Source: Candidatus Dojkabacteria bacterium
GTDB lineage: Bacteria; Patescibacteriota; Dojkabacteria; J137
Direction of reading: 5' to 3'
Assembly (NCBI GenBank): GCA_030834985.1
Contig: JAUQWV010000006.1
Span: forward strand, 76,168-140,167
Length of the DNA: 64,000 nucleotides
Position numbers and translations under genes: made by a program. Shown here one piece after another: positions 40,844 to 50,443 of this stretch. Under the pieces are notes generated by a model that did not search any database, was not told the origin of the DNA, and was given only the letters and a program-made list of their open reading frames with translations. The stretch's first letter is position 1. Each line of letters opens with the position of its first letter.

Positions 40844-43030
40844 TTACTCTGCTTCAGAAGCTTTTTGTTTCTTTGCTTTTACTTGCTTGATGAATTTACA
40901 ATTTGGATAGTCTGAACATCCGATAAAAGTCTTGCCCCACTTTCCCTTTCTTTCGACAAGATTGTGTCCAGATAATGGGCATTTATCTTTTAATAATAAT
41001 GGCTTTGAATCTTTGACCTTTGGATAATCAGGATGAGCCCAGAATTTACCGTATTTACTGCTTTTAAGAACATAATCTCTACTGTCATCTGTTTTAGGAG
41101 CAGCTAAGTACTTTTCAGTATCTAAAGTGAGTACTTCCTCTTTTTCAGAATCTAAAGGCAGCATGCCATCGCAATCAGGGTATTTTGTACAACTTAAAAA
41201 CTTACCATATCTGCTTAACTTAATGATCATAGCACTACCGCATTTAGGACATTTTTCATCTGATTTACCAAGCTGAGTAAATTCGCTTCTATCAATTTTC
41301 TTATCTTGCAGAGTAATTTCTTTTTCAAATGGGAAATAAAAATCTTTCAACATTTTTACCCAATCTAATTTACCCTCTGCAATCTTGTCTAAGTTGTCTT
41401 CCATTTCTGCTGTAAAGCCATAGTCAACTATGTTAGCAAAATATTTAGTTAACAATTTATTAACAACAATACCCATGTCTGTAGGCTTTAAATACCTACC
41501 TTCTGGCTCCACATATTTCCTAGCTAAGATAGTTGATATTATGGAAGCATAAGTAGATGGTCTTCCTATACCAAGCTCTTCCAATTTCTTAATTAAAGTA
41601 GCTTCTGAATATCTAGCTGGTGGTTCTGTAAAGTGTTGTACTGCTCTTAATGCCTGTAAATATAACTCAGTACCCTCCTTTAATTCAGGCAATATTGTAT
41701 CCTCAGATTTTTCTTTCGAAACTCGCAAGTATCCATCAAATAGAACTACCTTTCCATTTGCAGTAAATAGATATTCTTCAAGCTCAATATAGATAGTTGT
41801 GTTCATTAATCTAGCTGGAACCATTTGCGAGCTTAAAGCTCTAGCACGGATAATGTCATACACCCTTTTTTGGTCTCCATCTAGTTTTAAATTTATACTT
41901 GTTTTTGAAAAATCAGTAGGCCTTATACATTCATGTGCCTCTTGCGCAGACTTATTACTAGATCTGTAATAGTTAGGTTTTTCGGGGATATATTTATTGC
42001 CGTATTCCTTTTGTATAAAGGCTCTAGCTTGATTGATAGCTAAGTTAGACATTGCAACAGAATCGGTTCTCATATAGGTTATCAGACCTGCCTCATATAG
42101 TTTTTGAGCAGCCGACATTGTTCTTTTTGCACTAAAGCCAAGAGAATTCACACCAGATTGCTGTAAAGTACTGGTAATAAAAGGTGGCTTTGGGTTTCTT
42201 TTACTTTCAGTTTTCTCTATTTTAGATATTATCCAATTTGCATCTTTTACTTCATCTACAATCTTTTCAGAGTCCTTTCTAGTAGAGATCTTCGGATTCT
42301 TTCCGTTTACTTTAAATAAGTTAAATTTAATAGCATTTGGTACTTCCTTAACTTTCTTTTCAACTATCTCTTCTTTTTTAGCCTCTAAAAATTCAATGTT
42401 TACTTTTTTGTTATCTTTTTTTTCAAGCAATTCGCTTTCTATAGACCAGTATTCCTCACTTTTGAATTTATTTCTTTCCTCCTCTTTTTCAACAACTAGC
42501 CTCAATGCTACTGATTGCACTCTTCCAGCAGATAATCCAAAGGAAATTTTCTTCCATAACAACGGTGAGAGTTTATATCCCACAAGTCGATCTAGTAACC
42601 GTCTACCTTGCTGGGCATTAACTAGATTTATATCTATTCCTCTAGGATTTTGCATCGCTTCTTCAATGGCATCCTTTGTAATTTCGTGAAATACAATCCT
42701 TTCTATCTTCTTCTTTCCACTTGGCTTGCCTTTTTCATCTATTAATTTAAGCTCTTTTGCAATATGCCACCCAATAGCCTCTCCCTCTCGATCCAAGTCA
42801 ACAGCCAGTATAAGTCTTGTTGCATCTTTAAGGCTTTTTTTAATTTCGCTTAAGGATTTAGGATTAGTAATTACATATTGAGGTTTGAAGTTATCTTCTA
42901 CATCTATACTTAAGCCGGATTTAGGTAGATCAACAACGTGACCTTTAGATGCTTTAACAGTATAGCCTTTACCTAGGTACTTACCTATTGTCTTTGCTTT
43001 TGATGGTGATTCTACTATTACTAAATCCAT
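40844..43030 (-). CDS. topA: DNA topoisomerase I
   Basis: LVIVESPSKAKTI, DLDREGE, SAGRVQS, ITYMRTD, AQEAHECIRPT, GIGRPSTYA and Zn-ribbon repeats. Confidence 0.97.
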   Translation of the reverse strand: MDLVIVESPSKAKTIGKYLGKGYTVKASKGHVVDLPKSGLSIDVEDNFKPQYVITNPKSLSEIKKSLKDATRLILAVDLDREGEAIGWHIAKELKLIDEKGKPSGKKKIERIVFHEITKDAIEEAMQNPRGIDINLVNAQQGRRLLDRLVGYKLSPLLWKKISFGLSAGRVQSVALRLVVEKEEERNKFKSEEYWSIESELLEKKDNKKVNIEFLEAKKEEIVEKKVKEVPNAIKFNLFKVNGKNPKISTRKDSEKIVDEVKDANWIISKIEKTESKRNPKPPFITSTLQQSGVNSLGFSAKRTMSAAQKLYEAGLITYMRTDSVAMSNLAINQARAFIQKEYGNKYIPEKPNYYRSSNKSAQEAHECIRPTDFSKTSINLKLDGDQKRVYDIIRARALSSQMVPARLMNTTIYIELEEYLFTANGKVVLFDGYLRVSKEKSEDTILPELKEGTELYLQALRAVQHFTEPPARYSEATLIKKLEELGIGRPSTYASIISTILARKYVEPEGRYLKPTDMGIVVNKLLTKYFANIVDYGFTAEMEDNLDKIAEGKLDWVKMLKDFYFPFEKEITLQDKKIDRSEFTQLGKSDEKCPKCGSAMIIKLSRYGKFLSCTKYPDCDGMLPLDSEKEEVLTLDTEKYLAAPKTDDSRDYVLKSSKYGKFWAHPDYPKVKDSKPLLLKDKCPLSGHNLVERKGKWGKTFIGCSDYPNCKFIKQVKAKKQKASEAE

Positions 43031-43036
43031 TTCTAG

Positions 43037-44068
43037 CTAATTTATATAAAAGTTATTTTGGTTATCAGTATTTAAAATACCATTTAAAATAAGTTTAGTG
43101 CAAATTTCTGATAAATATTTTATTTCTAAATTCAAAATCTCACTTAATCTTTCTAAATCTTTTTGCCCGTGTAGTATAGCATAATATACCTTTTGCTCAT
43201 CTTTAGATAACTTGGCTATGTCTGCATTCTTATTGTATTCAAAGAAGCTATCTGCAAGCGTAGCAATATTATTCTTAATTAAATAATTACAACCTTTAGA
43301 ATTTTCTGTGTTCACATTACCAGGATAAGCAAGTACTTCTCTATCGTAGTCAAATGCTAGCTTTGCAGTAATAAGCGCACCACTTTTTATGCCAGCTTCA
43401 ATTACTATAGTTGATTCAGAAAGACCCGCAATAATTCTATTTCTTTTTGGAAAACTACCCGCAACGACTTTAGTTCCTGGAAAAGCATCAGAAAATATCA
43501 AGCCATTACTGTCCAGTATCTTACTATATAAAAAATAGTTTTCTTTAGGAACTGGACTATCTACTGAACAAGGTAATACAGCTATTGTCTGTCCATTATG
43601 TTGTAGAGTTAGATTATGGGCATATGCATCTACTCCATAAGCTAATCCACTTACAATCGGGATATTCTGAGCTACCAGATTAGGTAGTAACTTATCAAGT
43701 AAATACTTTCCATAAGGGGAAATTTTCCGTGTGCCAACTATTGAGATAAGCTTTAGCGATTGAGCAATTTGAATGTTACCCGCATAAAAAAGAACAATAG
43801 GTGCATCAGGAATCTCTTTTAACAAGGGAGGATACGAATCTTCCCATAAGCAAGTAAATTTAATGTTACTTTTAAGTAGACGTTTAATGGCAATATTCAC
43901 ATCTAAGCTAGCTAAGTTTGCTATTAATTGCGGGTCTAAATTTCTATGAATATAGTTATTATACAGTGCTTCTATTGAACCAAACTCCTCGACTAAACCT
44001 AAGTAGGTTTTTATACCTATACCTTTAGTAAGAGATAATAATAAAGTAAAGTTTCTTAATTCTTCCAT
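43037..44068 (-). CDS. dprA: DNA-processing protein DprA
   Basis: YPPLL.EIPDAP, VGTR, IVSGLAYGVD, FPKRNRIIAGLS and SGALITA. Confidence 0.95.
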   Translation of the reverse strand: MEELRNFTLLLSLTKGIGIKTYLGLVEEFGSIEALYNNYIHRNLDPQLIANLASLDVNIAIKRLLKSNIKFTCLWEDSYPPLLKEIPDAPIVLFYAGNIQIAQSLKLISIVGTRKISPYGKYLLDKLLPNLVAQNIPIVSGLAYGVDAYAHNLTLQHNGQTIAVLPCSVDSPVPKENYFLYSKILDSNGLIFSDAFPGTKVVAGSFPKRNRIIAGLSESTIVIEAGIKSGALITAKLAFDYDREVLAYPGNVNTENSKGCNYLIKNNIATLADSFFEYNKNADIAKLSKDEQKVYYAILHGQKDLERLSEILNLEIKYLSEICTKLILNGILNTDNQNNFYIN

Positions 44069-44102
44069 AAAAAGAAGTTACCAAGAAAAATTTACAATTT
44101 TC

Positions 44103-45947
44103 TTACTTACATTCTGCAGGGAATCCAGCATACAGGCAATTCGTAAAATCTTTCATTATCTCTGCAACAAAAAAGCCTCCTCCTCCTAAATTTAAGACAT
44201 AAGAAAATGAATAGCTGTTACCTTCATATTCAAACGTTCCTACAATCCAACCATGAGTTGTTTTTAATAGCTCTCCGCTACTTGAGATTTCGCTAGCTTC
44301 AGCTGTTCCGGTTTTAGCCCGAATATTTCCAGGCAAATCGTGTAAAAAGTAATATACTGTTCCATCATAATAATTAGCTACATTCCACATACCCTCATTG
44401 ATTAAATTATATGTTTTATCACTCATTGGGATTTGCCTAAGAATCTGAGCAGAAGGAGCTTCAACTACATTGCCGTAAATATCAGTTACTTGATGAATCA
44501 AATTCGGCTTATATACAGTGCCTTTATTAGCTATTGTAGATGCAACTACTGCCATTTGTATTGGTGTAACAGTATTAGAGCCTTGGCCAATCACTGAATT
44601 ACATGTATCACCTGAATACCAACCTAAGTTAAAAGCTTCTCTTTTATACTCTGGAGTATCGACATTGCCCGGGAGCTCACCCGCTAAATTTATTCCTGTT
44701 TTTTGTCCTAAACCGAAAAGGTTTGCAGTTTCAAAGAGTTTATTTAAATTCCCCTGCCGCTCTAATTCTAATGAATTTACACAAAAGAAAAGATTACTAG
44801 ACTTATACAGTGCACGTACAATATCCATTTGCCCATAAAAGTATTGCTGGTATTCACAAAAATCAAAATTATATTCAGAAGGCAAACACCTGTTAGAAAA
44901 ATATGTTGTGTATTCATCTATAGTCCCTGACTCTAACAGTGTATATGCAGTAATAAGCTTAAATGTAGAGCCAGGAGCAATTTGCAAGGTTAGAACTTTA
45001 TCAATTAAAGGTAATTTTCGGTCATTACTGTAATCTTGATACTGTGATTCTGAAATTCCTCTAATATATAGATTAGAATCAAAGCCAGGGTAACTAACCA
45101 TAGCAACAACATCACCGTTTGAATTATCTAAAATAACCCCTGCGCTTCCAGCTGCATTATGAATAGTTGAATACTTTTCTAAGATCTTGTATAAAGCTAC
45201 CTGCCAATCCTTATCTATAGTTAAAGTAATATTGAGCCCTGGTTCAGATGGAATAAAATTTTCTACACCATCGATAGAAAAGCTTGCACCTTTTACCCCT
45301 TTAAGCTTTTCTTCGAACTGATATTCAAGTTTATATTTCCCAATCTGATCAAAAAGTGAATAGCCATTCTCAACATCAGCCTGCTCTGTTTTACCTGTAT
45401 ATCCAATAATATGCGAAAACTCCTTGGGGTAAATATAATTTCTTTGCGGCAAATCAATTATATAAAAATACTTATCAAAATCTTTGGCTGTCTTTAAGTT
45501 TTGGATTTGTTCAAAGGTTAAATTTTCAGCAATTTTTAAGTCGTATTTTGATTCTAAAAGAGCTGATTGTAGTTTATCAGTGTCAACCTTTAAATCATTT
45601 AAATAATGTTGAACAATATAGTTAAAACTCTGGATATCCTGAGTAGCATATTCTTTTTTTACCAAGTATAGAGCGTAACTATTATTGTTTTTAGCTAAGA
45701 TGTTTGAATTTCTGTCAAAGAAAAAACCACGTTGTGCAGATATCCAATCTTTACGAGTAGATAAACTTGTAGAAGTATCATAGAGTTCTGTACCTGAAAT
45801 TAGCTGTAGATCTAAGCCACGTAGACTTAAAACAATCACTGTTATTATAACTATACCTAAAAGAATATAATCCGAGAACTTGCGTTTAGTAGACTTAATA
45901 GTGATATTAGAAAGATCAATTCTCTGAATTTCTACTTTTTTAGACAT
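44103..45947 (-). CDS. mrdA: Class B penicillin-binding protein (PBP2/MrdA-like)
   Basis: TM anchor, RG.FFDRN, PGSTFK (SxxK), SSN (SxN), KTGTAE and IGQG. Confidence 0.88.
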   Translation of the reverse strand: MSKKVEIQRIDLSNITIKSTKRKFSDYILLGIVIITVIVLSLRGLDLQLISGTELYDTSTSLSTRKDWISAQRGFFFDRNSNILAKNNNSYALYLVKKEYATQDIQSFNYIVQHYLNDLKVDTDKLQSALLESKYDLKIAENLTFEQIQNLKTAKDFDKYFYIIDLPQRNYIYPKEFSHIIGYTGKTEQADVENGYSLFDQIGKYKLEYQFEEKLKGVKGASFSIDGVENFIPSEPGLNITLTIDKDWQVALYKILEKYSTIHNAAGSAGVILDNSNGDVVAMVSYPGFDSNLYIRGISESQYQDYSNDRKLPLIDKVLTLQIAPGSTFKLITAYTLLESGTIDEYTTYFSNRCLPSEYNFDFCEYQQYFYGQMDIVRALYKSSNLFFCVNSLELERQGNLNKLFETANLFGLGQKTGINLAGELPGNVDTPEYKREAFNLGWYSGDTCNSVIGQGSNTVTPIQMAVVASTIANKGTVYKPNLIHQVTDIYGNVVEAPSAQILRQIPMSDKTYNLINEGMWNVANYYDGTVYYFLHDLPGNIRAKTGTAEASEISSSGELLKTTHGWIVGTFEYEGNSYSFSYVLNLGGGGFFVAEIMKDFTNCLYAGFPAECK

Positions 45948-46999
45948 TATTTTAAGATAAGATCTTTAACTTGATGTTTTTCAAGCAAGTCTACCCTGTC
46001 CATCATCTTTGAAATTCCAACCGCAACAGAGATAGATGCATTTTGAGAAATTTTAAATGGAACCTTTAGTTTTTGAGAAAAGTATTTATCAATATCTTCG
46101 ATAAGTGCACCGCCGCCCGAAAGGAAGACGCCATTATTTATAAGATCAGAAAGTATTTCGGGCGGCACACTTTCGATAGCTTCTTTTAAACTTGTAGCAA
46201 TCTTTTCTAATACAGGAAGTAACGCCTCTGTTACTTCAGGTTTAGATATCTTAGTTGATTTTGGCAATCCGCTAATAAGATCTTGTCCGCTAATTTCAAT
46301 CTGCTTATCTGGGTTTTTGGAAAGTGCACTAGCATGTTTAATTTTGATATCTTCTGCCTGCTTTAAGCCTATTAGCAAATTATACTTATTCTTTATGTAA
46401 TCAACTATCGCCAAATCCATTTCATCCCCTGCTATTCTTATTGTATTGTCTTTAACTATGCCTCCAAGAGAGATTAATGCAATATCTGTTGTACCTCCAC
46501 CAATATCAACAATCATATTGCCGGTAGCAGAATCAACTTCTAGACCGGCGCCAATTGCAGCTGCCATAGGTTCTTCAACAATGTAGACCTTTCTGGCACC
46601 GGCCGACTTAGCAGAATCTATAACAGAATTTATCTCAACTTCAGTAATAGTCGTAGGTACACCTATAACTACTCGAGGTTTTAGTATTCTATTAAACACT
46701 GTCGATTTAACATTAGACGTTTTATTAATAAAATATCTAATTAAAGCTTCAGTAGCATTAAAATCAGATATCACTCCATTTTTTAATGGCTGAACAGCTT
46801 TTATATTTGAAGGTGTTCTTCCTATCATTTTTCTAGCATCATTACCTACAGAAAGAACTTTTCCAGTCGTACTATTTATTGCGATAATTGATGGTTCTTT
46901 AATGATATCTTTCTTGCCTTTAATAAGAACGCGGATATTAGCAGTTCCTAAATCAATAGCAATATCTTTTGAAAATCTAGCTAAAAAGTTATCTAACAT
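45947..46999 (-). CDS. mreB: Rod shape-determining protein MreB (copy 1)
   Basis: IAIDLGTAN, EEPMAAAIGAG, VDIGGGTT and LSGGGAL. Confidence 0.95.
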   Translation of the reverse strand: MLDNFLARFSKDIAIDLGTANIRVLIKGKKDIIKEPSIIAINSTTGKVLSVGNDARKMIGRTPSNIKAVQPLKNGVISDFNATEALIRYFINKTSNVKSTVFNRILKPRVVIGVPTTITEVEINSVIDSAKSAGARKVYIVEEPMAAAIGAGLEVDSATGNMIVDIGGGTTDIALISLGGIVKDNTIRIAGDEMDLAIVDYIKNKYNLLIGLKQAEDIKIKHASALSKNPDKQIEISGQDLISGLPKSTKISKPEVTEALLPVLEKIATSLKEAIESVPPEILSDLINNGVFLSGGGALIEDIDKYFSQKLKVPFKISQNASISVAVGISKMMDRVDLLEKHQVKDLILK

Positions 47000-47063
47000 T
47001 TTGATGTAGTTATAAATACATTAAACTACACTAATAATAGCAGGTATCGGGAGATTTAAGAAA

Positions 47064-47136
47064 AGCCGAGTTCGGGAATTGAACCCGAGACCTTACCCTT
47101 ACCATGGGTATGCTCTACCAACTGAGCTAACTCGGC
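47064..47136 (-). tRNA. tRNA-Thr(GGT)
   Basis: GCCGAGTTAGCTCAGTTGGTAGAGCA-TACCC AT GGT AA GGGTA-...GTTCAATTC. CCA is not encoded. Confidence 0.95.
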
Positions 47137-47157
47137 ACGGGTGGCCTTATAAAAAAA

Positions 47158-47241
47158 TCCGGAGAGAAGGATTTGAACCTCCGAAGTCCTTAGGACGCCT
47201 GATTTACAGTCAGGTGCGATTGACCGCTCCGCCATCTCCGG
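47158..47241 (-). tRNA. tRNA-Tyr(GTA) with a C1:G72 pair and long variable arm
   Basis: CCGGAGA...CCTGA CT GTA AA TCAGG-CGTCCTAAGGACTTC-GGAGGTTCAAATCCT-TCTCCGG-A. Confidence 0.95.
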
Positions 47242-47247
47242 TTAATT

Positions 47248-47320
47248 AGCCACTCGAGGGACTCGAACCCACGACCCGCTGTTTACAAAACAGCTGCTCT
47301 ACCAGCTGAGCTAGAGTGGC
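47248..47320 (-). tRNA. tRNA-Thr(TGT)
   Basis: GCCACTCTAGCTCAGCTGGTAGAGCA-GCTGT TT TGT AA ACAGC-...GTTCGAGTC. Confidence 0.95.
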
Positions 47321-47468
47321 TTAAATAAGCTCGTAATTATATGACAAACTTAACGATGATGTCTACCCGAATAAACCTGCTATCAGCATTTTCTGATTGC
47401 TAAAAAAGGTAAAATCATTTAAAATTCATCAGCATTTAAGAAATATTAATATATTAAGTAACTATCCA

Positions 47469-47717
47469 ATGTCAAGAGCTTGCGAAATAACAGGAAAAAA
47501 AACAGCTTTCGGAGGTAGTCATAAACATAAAAGAGGAGCTTCTGGTGGAGGTGGAGTTTGGAGATTCAAAGCACCTAATACTAAAAGAACTTGGAAACCT
47601 AATTTACGAAAAGTTAAATTAGAAGTAAATGGTCAAACTAAGAGAGTAAAAATCTCTATGAAAGCTTATAAAAAGCTAAGGAAAATGGCACAAGTTGAGC
47701 ATAATCATAGCCATTAA
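47469..47717 (+). CDS. rpmB: 50S ribosomal protein bL28
   Basis: The start is reassigned to the ATG at 47469 (MSRACEITGKK); TKRTWKPNL. Confidence 0.93.
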   Translation: MSRACEITGKKTAFGGSHKHKRGASGGGGVWRFKAPNTKRTWKPNLRKVKLEVNGQTKRVKISMKAYKKLRKMAQVEHNHSH

Positions 47718-47732
47718 CTTTTGCATACCTAT

Positions 47733-48449
47733 ATGATTATTTATGGTAGAAATACTGTAATTGAAGCACTTAATTCCTCGCATACTAGCGAGGAATTATT
47801 TTTGCAGGAGAATATTAAAGAAGACAATAAGATTTCCTCTATTCTAAAATTAGCTCGAACAGCCGAAGTACCTATCAAATTTATTACCCCTAAAGAATTA
47901 AGAAAGCTGACAAACTCAGATGAACACCAGGGTGTTGCCTTAAAAATCAACTTCAAAGAAAGCCACTTAAAAGATATTCTGCCAGAAGCTCAAAAAGCAT
48001 TCATATATATATCTGACGCAACATATGAGCACAATGTAGGGGCAATTATTAGAACTGCAGAATGTGCAGGCTTTGAAGGAGTAATAATACCATCAGATAT
48101 TAAGATTACTCCAATTATAGCTAAGATTTCTACTGGCGCAGTTTTTAATATTCCAATAATTAGAAATTCAGTATTTAATACAATTAAAGCTTTTAAAGAC
48201 AATGGATACTATGTTTGTGGAATTGAACGAGGCGGTAAGCAACTATTTGAGTCCTCTGCTCCAATAAATACTCTATTCATTATAGGGTCCGAAGATAAGG
48301 GCTTAACAGAGCCAGTAGCTAAACAATGCGACGACTTAGTAGAAATCCCTCAGTTTGGACAAGTAAATTCGTTAAATATGAGTGTAGCTTCCGCTGTGGT
48401 GATTTACAACTATCTAAGAGACAATATTAGTGATATTAAAAATTTATGA
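47733..48449 (+). CDS. rlmB: 23S rRNA Gm2251 methyltransferase RlmB (TrmH family)
   Basis: MIIYGRNTVIEAL, HQGV, HNVGAIIRTA, IGSEDKG and SLNMSVA; ATG at 47733. Confidence 0.88.
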   Translation: MIIYGRNTVIEALNSSHTSEELFLQENIKEDNKISSILKLARTAEVPIKFITPKELRKLTNSDEHQGVALKINFKESHLKDILPEAQKAFIYISDATYEHNVGAIIRTAECAGFEGVIIPSDIKITPIIAKISTGAVFNIPIIRNSVFNTIKAFKDNGYYVCGIERGGKQLFESSAPINTLFIIGSEDKGLTEPVAKQCDDLVEIPQFGQVNSLNMSVASAVVIYNYLRDNISDIKNL

Positions 48450-49195
48450 ATAACCAAAATCGAAATTCATGGATTTATCTTGTAGGCATAATCATTATGT
48501 TTGGGCTGCTTATTGTCATTGCAACTCAAGTTATACTACCGATATTTCAGAGAAATAGACAAATTAATATCAATTTGAATCTACCTAAGCCAGAGCTCAC
48601 AATTGACACATCAAGAAATTATTTAGCTAAAGTCACAACAAACTTAGGAATCTTTGAAATAGAACTATGCTCTGCTTGTGCTCCACAAAACGTAAATAAT
48701 TTTGTATATTTGGCTCAAAAAGATTACTACGTTAACACTAAATTTCATCGAGTTATTAAAGATCTATTATTTCAAGGTGGAGACAGAAATACGTTAAGTG
48801 CTGATTACTCTACTTATGGTAAAGGAAAGACTAATTACTTAATAGAAGACGAGGTTAATTGGGATGCGCTAGCATTAAGCCAGGAAAAAAGAGAGCTATT
48901 AACGCAGCAAGGCTTTAGTTCTAATGCTACTTTGCCTTCAAAAAGGCTAACACGGTATACGGTTGCTATGGCCAATGATGATCCTAATACAAATAGTAGC
49001 CAGTTTTTTGTTATAACAGCTGATAATAGTGATTCAAGGCTAGAAGAATTTAATGGTAGGTTTACTGTGATTGGCGAGATCAGATCAGGATTTGACACCT
49101 TGTCAAAAATAAATGGCATCGAGATTTCTGATGTCAATTCGTTTCGACCAAATGCCGATATTGTACTAGAAAAGATCGAGATAACCATCTTGTAA
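48446..49195 (+). CDS. Membrane-anchored cyclophilin-type peptidyl-prolyl isomerase
   Basis: N-terminal TM; FHRVIK..FQGGD, VAMAN, NSSQFFV and FTVIG. Confidence 0.92.
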   Translation: MNNQNRNSWIYLVGIIIMFGLLIVIATQVILPIFQRNRQININLNLPKPELTIDTSRNYLAKVTTNLGIFEIELCSACAPQNVNNFVYLAQKDYYVNTKFHRVIKDLLFQGGDRNTLSADYSTYGKGKTNYLIEDEVNWDALALSQEKRELLTQQGFSSNATLPSKRLTRYTVAMANDDPNTNSSQFFVITADNSDSRLEEFNGRFTVIGEIRSGFDTLSKINGIEISDVNSFRPNADIVLEKIEITIL

Positions 49196-49214
49196 AAACT
49201 TTGTAAAACTTTCT

Positions 49215-49247
49215 ATTTAGAATTCTTACTAGTTAAGAATTCTAAAT
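49215..49247. promoter_or_regulatory. 14-bp perfect inverted repeat upstream of the comEC genes
   Basis: ATTTAGAATTCTTA-CTAGT-TAAGAATTCTAAAT. Confidence 0.55.
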
Positions 49248-49416
49248 GAACAGAAATATAATTACTCCAATCCTTATTTTGCTTGATTTAATTTTACTTT
49301 CTATTCTTCTTTTTGTTGGAGAGATCGAAGCTAATGCTACCCAGATAGAATTTATAGAATTACCCCCGATCGAACATGAAAGTTCACTCTCCATTCATAT
49401 ACCTATTACTGCTTAG
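49246..49416 (+). CDS. Small (56 aa) single-TM protein, not in the ORF track
   Basis: MNRNIITPILILLDLILLSILLFVGEIEANATQIEFIELPPIEHESSLSIHIPITA*. It fills the gap and overlaps the comEC start. Confidence 0.5.
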   Translation: MNRNIITPILILLDLILLSILLFVGEIEANATQIEFIELPPIEHESSLSIHIPITA

Positions 49417-50443
49417 TTTCTTAGAACAAAGATTAAGCATCCTACTATTATTAGCTATTAATGCGATATCCCTGTCTGTATTCAAAACAATAAGACCAAC
49501 CTTACGCTTAACTGCTCTATTTTTTATCTTTATCCTAACCAAATATATACTTGAATTAAATTTATTACAGTCGATGTTCACAACGCTAAACAGTACGTTG
49601 TCACATAGTCTTACCAGCCAAATTACTGATCTATTCGATACAAATCACGCACAATTTTTAATCGGGATTACAATAGGAGGCTCTAATGTAGATTTAAATC
49701 AAGATCTAAAAAATCTATTTAAAAAGTTTAATCTACTTCACTTAATAAGTGTATCAGGAGCAAATTTTATTTTAATTAATGAATTAACTAATCCACTAAA
49801 AAAATATCTAGGATACTATCGAATATTGATAACCAATTTAATAGTAAGCTCTTACTATATATTTGCCATAGGTTTTAGCAATCTACCGGCTTCAAGAGCG
49901 TTTTTATTTTCCAGCTATGATAATATAGCCGCGCTTTCCGGAAGACCCATTAAGTTTTTTAACAAACTGCTTTTGAGCTTATGCGTTATTTCTTATAGCA
50001 GCCCAACATTGTTATTCGAGCGATCTTTAATTCTAAGCATTGGATTCACTCTACTATACAAATCATTTGGGCTACCTAAAATAAAAACGCTCTTCGATAA
50101 CGAACTTCTAAAATTGGCTACAATTTTTATTATCTCAGCTACTATCTTCGGGAACGAAAATCCCGACTTTTTAGCCAACTTACTATTATCAGTTATCTAC
50201 CCAATTTTGTTTATAGGTACGTTTACTATATACATAACCTCTATTATCGGCGCAGAATTATTAGCAGACGTAACTTATAGAGTTATTAATATAATTCTCG
50301 ATTTCATATTTGAATATTTAGGAGCTCTTTCAAGTACCGAAAATACGTATTTACAGACGATGCTGTTCTTAGCTATTTTGGCTATCTTTGTTTATAAAAT
50401 TGTAAAAAATAAATATCGTGGATATCAGAATATTGCTCAATAA
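49376..50443 (+). CDS. comEC: ComEC membrane (Competence) domain protein
   Basis: GITIG, LLHLISVSGANF, PASRA and multiple TM helices. Confidence 0.8.
   Translation: MKVHSPFIYLLLLSFLEQRLSILLLLAINAISLSVFKTIRPTLRLTALFFIFILTKYILELNLLQSMFTTLNSTLSHSLTSQITDLFDTNHAQFLIGITIGGSNVDLNQDLKNLFKKFNLLHLISVSGANFILINELTNPLKKYLGYYRILITNLIVSSYYIFAIGFSNLPASRAFLFSSYDNIAALSGRPIKFFNKLLLSLCVISYSSPTLLFERSLILSIGFTLLYKSFGLPKIKTLFDNELLKLATIFIISATIFGNENPDFLANLLLSVIYPILFIGTFTIYITSIIGAELLADVTYRVINIILDFIFEYLGALSSTENTYLQTMLFLAILAIFVYKIVKNKYRGYQNIAQ

Noticed and set aside
47397-47468. N-terminal extension of rpmB in the ORF track (similarly secE 51637, rlmB 47721 and ndk 62450)
   Set aside because: Downstream ATGs match the family N-termini. 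The extensions overlap promoter or tRNA sequence.
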